Assembly (NCBI RefSeq): GCF_002310835.1 | Contig: NZ_CP011041.1 | Coordinates: 2,190,001 to 2,222,000, forward strand | Direction of reading: 5' to 3' | DNA length: 32,000 nt | Source of the DNA: Pseudoalteromonas tetraodonis | GTDB taxonomy: Bacteria > Pseudomonadota > Gammaproteobacteria > Enterobacterales > Alteromonadaceae | Shown: piece after piece, positions 29,311 to 32,000 of the stretch | How the letters are laid out: every line of letters begins with the position of its first letter | Position numbering within the stretch: position 1 is the first letter of the stretch | Translations under genes and position numbers: made by a program | Notes under the pieces: generated by a model | What the model was told of the DNA's origin: nothing | What the model saw: only the letters and a program-made list of their open reading frames with translations | The model's database searches: none

Positions 29311-29665
29311 CCAATTGCAAACATCCTGTAAGGTATCCTTTACCTATTCCCTGTTTATCATCCTCTGAACGAGCAAACTACCGTGTTTACTCTCTATTGC
29401 ATCCTGCAATATCCACTTGCCGCCTTGGCTATCCTGCGTAAACTAACGCTCCTGCAATTTCCTATCGCATCATCCTTGGTGTCCTTTAAATAGCTCCCAG
29501 CTATTTTAGTACTCCGTGTACTTCCTGTTTCATCCCTGCATCCGTGTTAACTTGTCCTTTGTGCTTCCTGCTAGTAACTACTTAGTTGCCTGATTCCTTA
29601 TCCGTGGCAGTAGCTCAATCATTGGGCTATGTCGTCTTGACAAAATAAAGTTTAAAGCAAACGGC
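29278..29665 (-). ncRNA. csrB: CsrB/RsmB-family CsrA-sequestering small RNA
   Basis: There are 20 TCC on the + strand (GGA on the - strand) between 29334 and 29603, and no GGA on the + strand in the same span. Minus-strand motifs include CAGGATG, AAGGATA, GAGGATG, CAGGGA, ACGGAT and CAGGAAG. One, TTACAGGATGTT, nearly matches the CsrA SELEX consensus RUACARGGAUGU. There is no ORF, and a minus-strand terminator sits at the 3' end. The 5' end is approximate, with a candidate -10 TATCAT at 29676-29671. Confidence 0.8.
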
Positions 29666-29785
29666 TTCGTATGATAGTGAGGAAAACAAAAAAAATTACG
29701 GTCATAAAATTGAAAAATAAAAATAACTATAAATAACAATAGCTTGATGTTTTTAAGAAGATAAAATACGGAGTTAAACTGACAA

Positions 29786-29825
29786 GGCGCACGTTAATGT
29801 AAGATATATCTCACGTAAGTGCGCC
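29786..29825. promoter_or_regulatory. GacA/UvrY-type upstream activating palindrome for the sRNA promoter
   Basis: TGTAAG-ATATAT-CTCACG (29798-29815) compares with the consensus TGTAAG-N6-CTTACA. It is embedded in the larger inverted repeat GGCGCAC..GTGCGCC (29786-29792 / 29819-29825). It lies about 140-165 bp upstream of the inferred sRNA start, separated by A-tract-rich DNA with an IHF-like ATCAAgctaTTG (minus strand, about 29741-29752). Confidence 0.5.
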
Positions 29826-29914
29826 CTATTTGGAACATAGGCTTACATAATCACTGGTATCTGTCATTCGAAGTGAGATTCTCAGTCACTTGATAATTAG
29901 ACTCTATATAGCAC

Positions 29915-30538
29915 TTATTTAAAATTTAGCTTTGGTAGGATATTTCGGTATGTATCTCGAATACGGGTAATATCATTTAAAACATGCATGTTACCCGTCA
30001 TTGTTGCCAAATGGACAGCTGATAACATTACTAATCCATTTGAATTAACTAGTATTTGTTCCAACAACTGTAACGGGTATCCTTCACCGTGTCGTTTCAT
30101 CGCATGAATTCCACCGTGTACGTAAGAGCTTGAAGCTTTCCAAGTAACATCTCTAAACTCAGTTAGCATTCGAGTAGCTTCAGCTGGTGCTTTGCCATCA
30201 ATCTGCTTAATCATTTCGCAATGCGAAGGTAGGCCATTATCAGCATTAGCCGTATTTATAGATAAGTCTTGCATGATCCGATCAACTTTTTTCTCAGAAG
30301 CTCCCCAGAGTAGCCATACAGATCTTGTTAAAGCATCAAATTGAAGCCTTAACAGCGATATTGCTGAAGTGCAGTTACCAATCTCCATTAAGTTTTGTAG
30401 AGAGTGAGCATGTTCAATTGCAATATCACACATTACCCAACTGCCTAAACATCGTTTACTACTCTTATTCGGGCCAAGAGAAATAATCATGTTTAATTCA
30501 TTGAGTAATAAGTTCGAACGTTCTAGAAGTGACTCCAT
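29915..30538 (-). CDS. Hypothetical all-helical protein, third gene of the ATPase-HNH operon
   Basis: 207-aa ORF, 53 nt downstream of the HNH gene on the same strand, with AAGGCGGG upstream of its ATG. It has no TM helix or signal peptide and no family I can name with confidence. Motifs LLRLQFDALTRSVWLLWG and SSYVHGGIHAMKRHG are noted. Confidence 0.6.
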   Translation of the reverse strand: MESLLERSNLLLNELNMIISLGPNKSSKRCLGSWVMCDIAIEHAHSLQNLMEIGNCTSAISLLRLQFDALTRSVWLLWGASEKKVDRIMQDLSINTANADNGLPSHCEMIKQIDGKAPAEATRMLTEFRDVTWKASSSYVHGGIHAMKRHGEGYPLQLLEQILVNSNGLVMLSAVHLATMTGNMHVLNDITRIRDTYRNILPKLNFK

Positions 30539-30591
30539 TCATTTATCCCGCCTTAAGGCTACTCTATATTGCTCTATTGATTGGTAACTGT

Positions 30592-31455
30592 TTAAACCCC
30601 TCTCATCTGAGAGGTATGTAGCCACAGTTTAAACATCTCTTTGCAAGCTACAGAGTAAGGTTGAGAATCATCAAGGTAATCTTCTTTAATAATTAATAAC
30701 TCTTCCTCGATTTCATTGGTAAAGTCTATTCCCTCTTCTTCCTGTCGTTTAAAATATCTTTCTATTCGAAAAAAACAGCGTTGTAGCCCTTTGTAAGTTT
30801 TCGCTCTACTTTCGACTAATTCCGGTCTATTTAATCCAAAATATTTGATAGAAGCTTTAGCTTTTAGCCGACTAACGCCGGATTGATTCACAGGCTTTGC
30901 GATGGGACGCTCACACACTGGATAAAATGTTAGGTAGTCTGAAGGATTCTCTTCACACGGATTAATAAGTAGCGGGATTTCATTTACTTCACTACCCTGA
31001 ACTCTTAGCGTGTTTGATGTGGGATATATAGGAAAGTGGTCAGATTTACCTAGATTGATTTGATTATTACGTATTAAGTGACCCCTCTTACGGTTACAAT
31101 CTATACAAGACGGTAATAAGTTGCTCCAGTCGGCAGCTAACCACCAGTACCCAGGACTAATCGTTCCTTGTTCTCCTTCTTTTTGAATTCTGGCTTTAGG
31201 TCTGAAGTGCTCAATGTCAGTAGGATGTACATCAAGATAATAACTTTCACAGTAAGCACATTTTTTTTTGAATAAACTATGCAATGCTCTGCTGATGTCA
31301 GCATTCTTATATACTTTAAAGCTGTATGCCTTCTCACCTGGAACATAGTTGTTATAGAATGCTGTTGCTTTTTGTAGCTCTTCACTTGCTGCTGAGTTTT
31401 GGCCGTCACAAGAGCCTGGAACAGCAATTGAGGTACGGTCTCTATATATCATCAA
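30592..31455 (-). CDS. HNH endonuclease, TIGR02646/PtuB-like (Septu-type)
   Basis: 287 aa. The layout is ..VYKNADISRALHSLFKKKCAYCES..(H)PTDIEHFRPK..W.NLLPSCIDCNRKRG.. then LLINPCEENPSDYLTF. This gives a CxxC...H...N...CxxC HNH zinc-finger arrangement like PtuB/retron-associated HNH proteins. Its start overlaps the ATPase stop by 14 nt. Confidence 0.8.
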   Translation of the reverse strand: MMIYRDRTSIAVPGSCDGQNSAASEELQKATAFYNNYVPGEKAYSFKVYKNADISRALHSLFKKKCAYCESYYLDVHPTDIEHFRPKARIQKEGEQGTISPGYWWLAADWSNLLPSCIDCNRKRGHLIRNNQINLGKSDHFPIYPTSNTLRVQGSEVNEIPLLINPCEENPSDYLTFYPVCERPIAKPVNQSGVSRLKAKASIKYFGLNRPELVESRAKTYKGLQRCFFRIERYFKRQEEEGIDFTNEIEEELLIIKEDYLDDSQPYSVACKEMFKLWLHTSQMRGV

Positions 31456-32000
31456 TCATCCCAAGACTTTTAGCTTTTTCAAATAAAGTTTCAATTGACT
31501 CTTTTGACCACTCCGAGTAATAAAGATCCTTCCTGTGCTCTGCTATTTCTAGATCTATCAGGCGCGTCAACATCCGTTCTCGCTTTGTTAAACCAGTATT
31601 GCTTTTCAACTCCAGTTCTTTGGGGGGGCTGATGTTCTCAATTATTTCTATTGAATTAGAATCACTAGATTCACTAGCAACTCTTTCAAGCTCTTTGTAA
31701 TAGTCTTGAAGGATATCCTCTGTTTCGATGTCCTGAGTTGTTTGCAGCCCAAACATGTCAGATGTGAGTAACTGATCGACAGAAGCACCTTTTAATGAAG
31801 GATAATCTGTTATTGCAACCAGCTCATCATCTTCATCGTGCTTTAGTATCAATAATTCACCTTCATTTAAGCCTCTCAAAATTAAGGGATCATGAGTTGA
31901 AACATAAAAATGAACTAGAGGAAACGCATCTCTAAAAGCTTGCAGTATCTTAAGCCTCCAAGAGGGATGTAAATGAGCATCAAGTTCATCGATTAAAACA
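31442..32000 (-). CDS. ABC/AAA_21-type ATPase, PtuA-like (C-terminal part; N-terminus lies beyond the window)
   Basis: The reading frame is open to the window edge. My translation of 32000-31880 gives ..VLIDELDAHLHPSWRLKILQAFRDAFPLVHFYVSTHDPLILRGL.., which shows Walker B/D-loop (LIDELDAHLH) and H-loop (STHDP) motifs. The TTG at 31879 in the ORF track is not the real start. Confidence 0.78.
   Translation of the reverse strand, partial: VLIDELDAHLHPSWRLKILQAFRDAFPLVHFYVSTHDPLILRGLNEGELLILKHDEDDELVAITDYPSLKGASVDQLLTSDMFGLQTTQDIETEDILQDYYKELERVASESSDSNSIEIIENISPPKELELKSNTGLTKRERMLTRLIDLEIAEHRKDLYYSEWSKESIETLFEKAKSLGMIDDI

Noticed and set aside
29320-29620. A short motif recurs every 10-20 nt, which could at first glance suggest a CRISPR array or tandem repeat.
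   Set aside because: The repeated unit is only 5-7 nt (ATCCTG-like) with irregular spacing and no 25-40 bp repeat/spacer structure. The strand-asymmetric GGA pattern plus the terminator fits a Csr/Rsm sRNA instead.
29640-29915. I looked for a tRNA gene, integrase or direct-repeat att site marking the island boundary next to the defence cassette.
   Set aside because: No cloverleaf-compatible sequence or recombinase ORF occurs in this stretch. The other island boundary lies outside the window, so direct repeats cannot be assessed.
31137-31520. The ORFs 31137..31427(-) and 31326..31520(+) as extra small genes in the defence cassette.
   Set aside because: Both lie within or across the HNH and ATPase coding frames, which carry clear motifs. 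Their translations look like frame-shadow sequences.

Overview
This window looks like a gammaproteobacterial chromosome segment, probably Alteromonadales or Pseudoalteromonas-like judging by gene content and AT-rich codon usage (inference only). Two conserved housekeeping blocks dominate it.

Block 1 (1-2979) holds a ybeZ tail, ybeY, corC and lnt. Block 2 (10911-23652) holds leuS, lptE, holA, nadD, rsfS, rlmH, mrdA, rodA, rlpA, dacA, ybeD, lipB and lipA, in the same order as in E. coli.

Between the blocks (about 3.0-10.9 kb) is a lineage-specific slot. It carries a solitary HEPN-domain gene, a secreted esterase, an RDD membrane protein, a CIA30-domain protein and a coiled-coil protein. It also carries a Zn-ribbon / Lon-like protease / membrane FKBP operon and a roughly 270-bp nested-palindromic MITE-like element.

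Downstream of lipA are an RRM RNA-binding protein, a sugar-kinase plus nucleotidyltransferase pair, the yqcA-truC-yqcC cluster and two DUF-type genes.

Two regions stand out at the right end:
- **Csr/Rsm-family sRNA gene (about 29.28-29.67 kb, minus strand).** It has 20 GGA motifs, its own terminator and an upstream GacA/UvrY-type box.
- **Defence-type operon (29.9-32.0 kb, minus strand), running off the window edge.** It encodes an ABC/AAA_21-type ATPase (partial), a translationally coupled TIGR02646-type HNH nuclease (Septu PtuA/PtuB-like) and a third, unassigned 207-aa helical protein.

The three-gene cassette is my best candidate for a non-canonical or undescribed system, but only part of it is visible.
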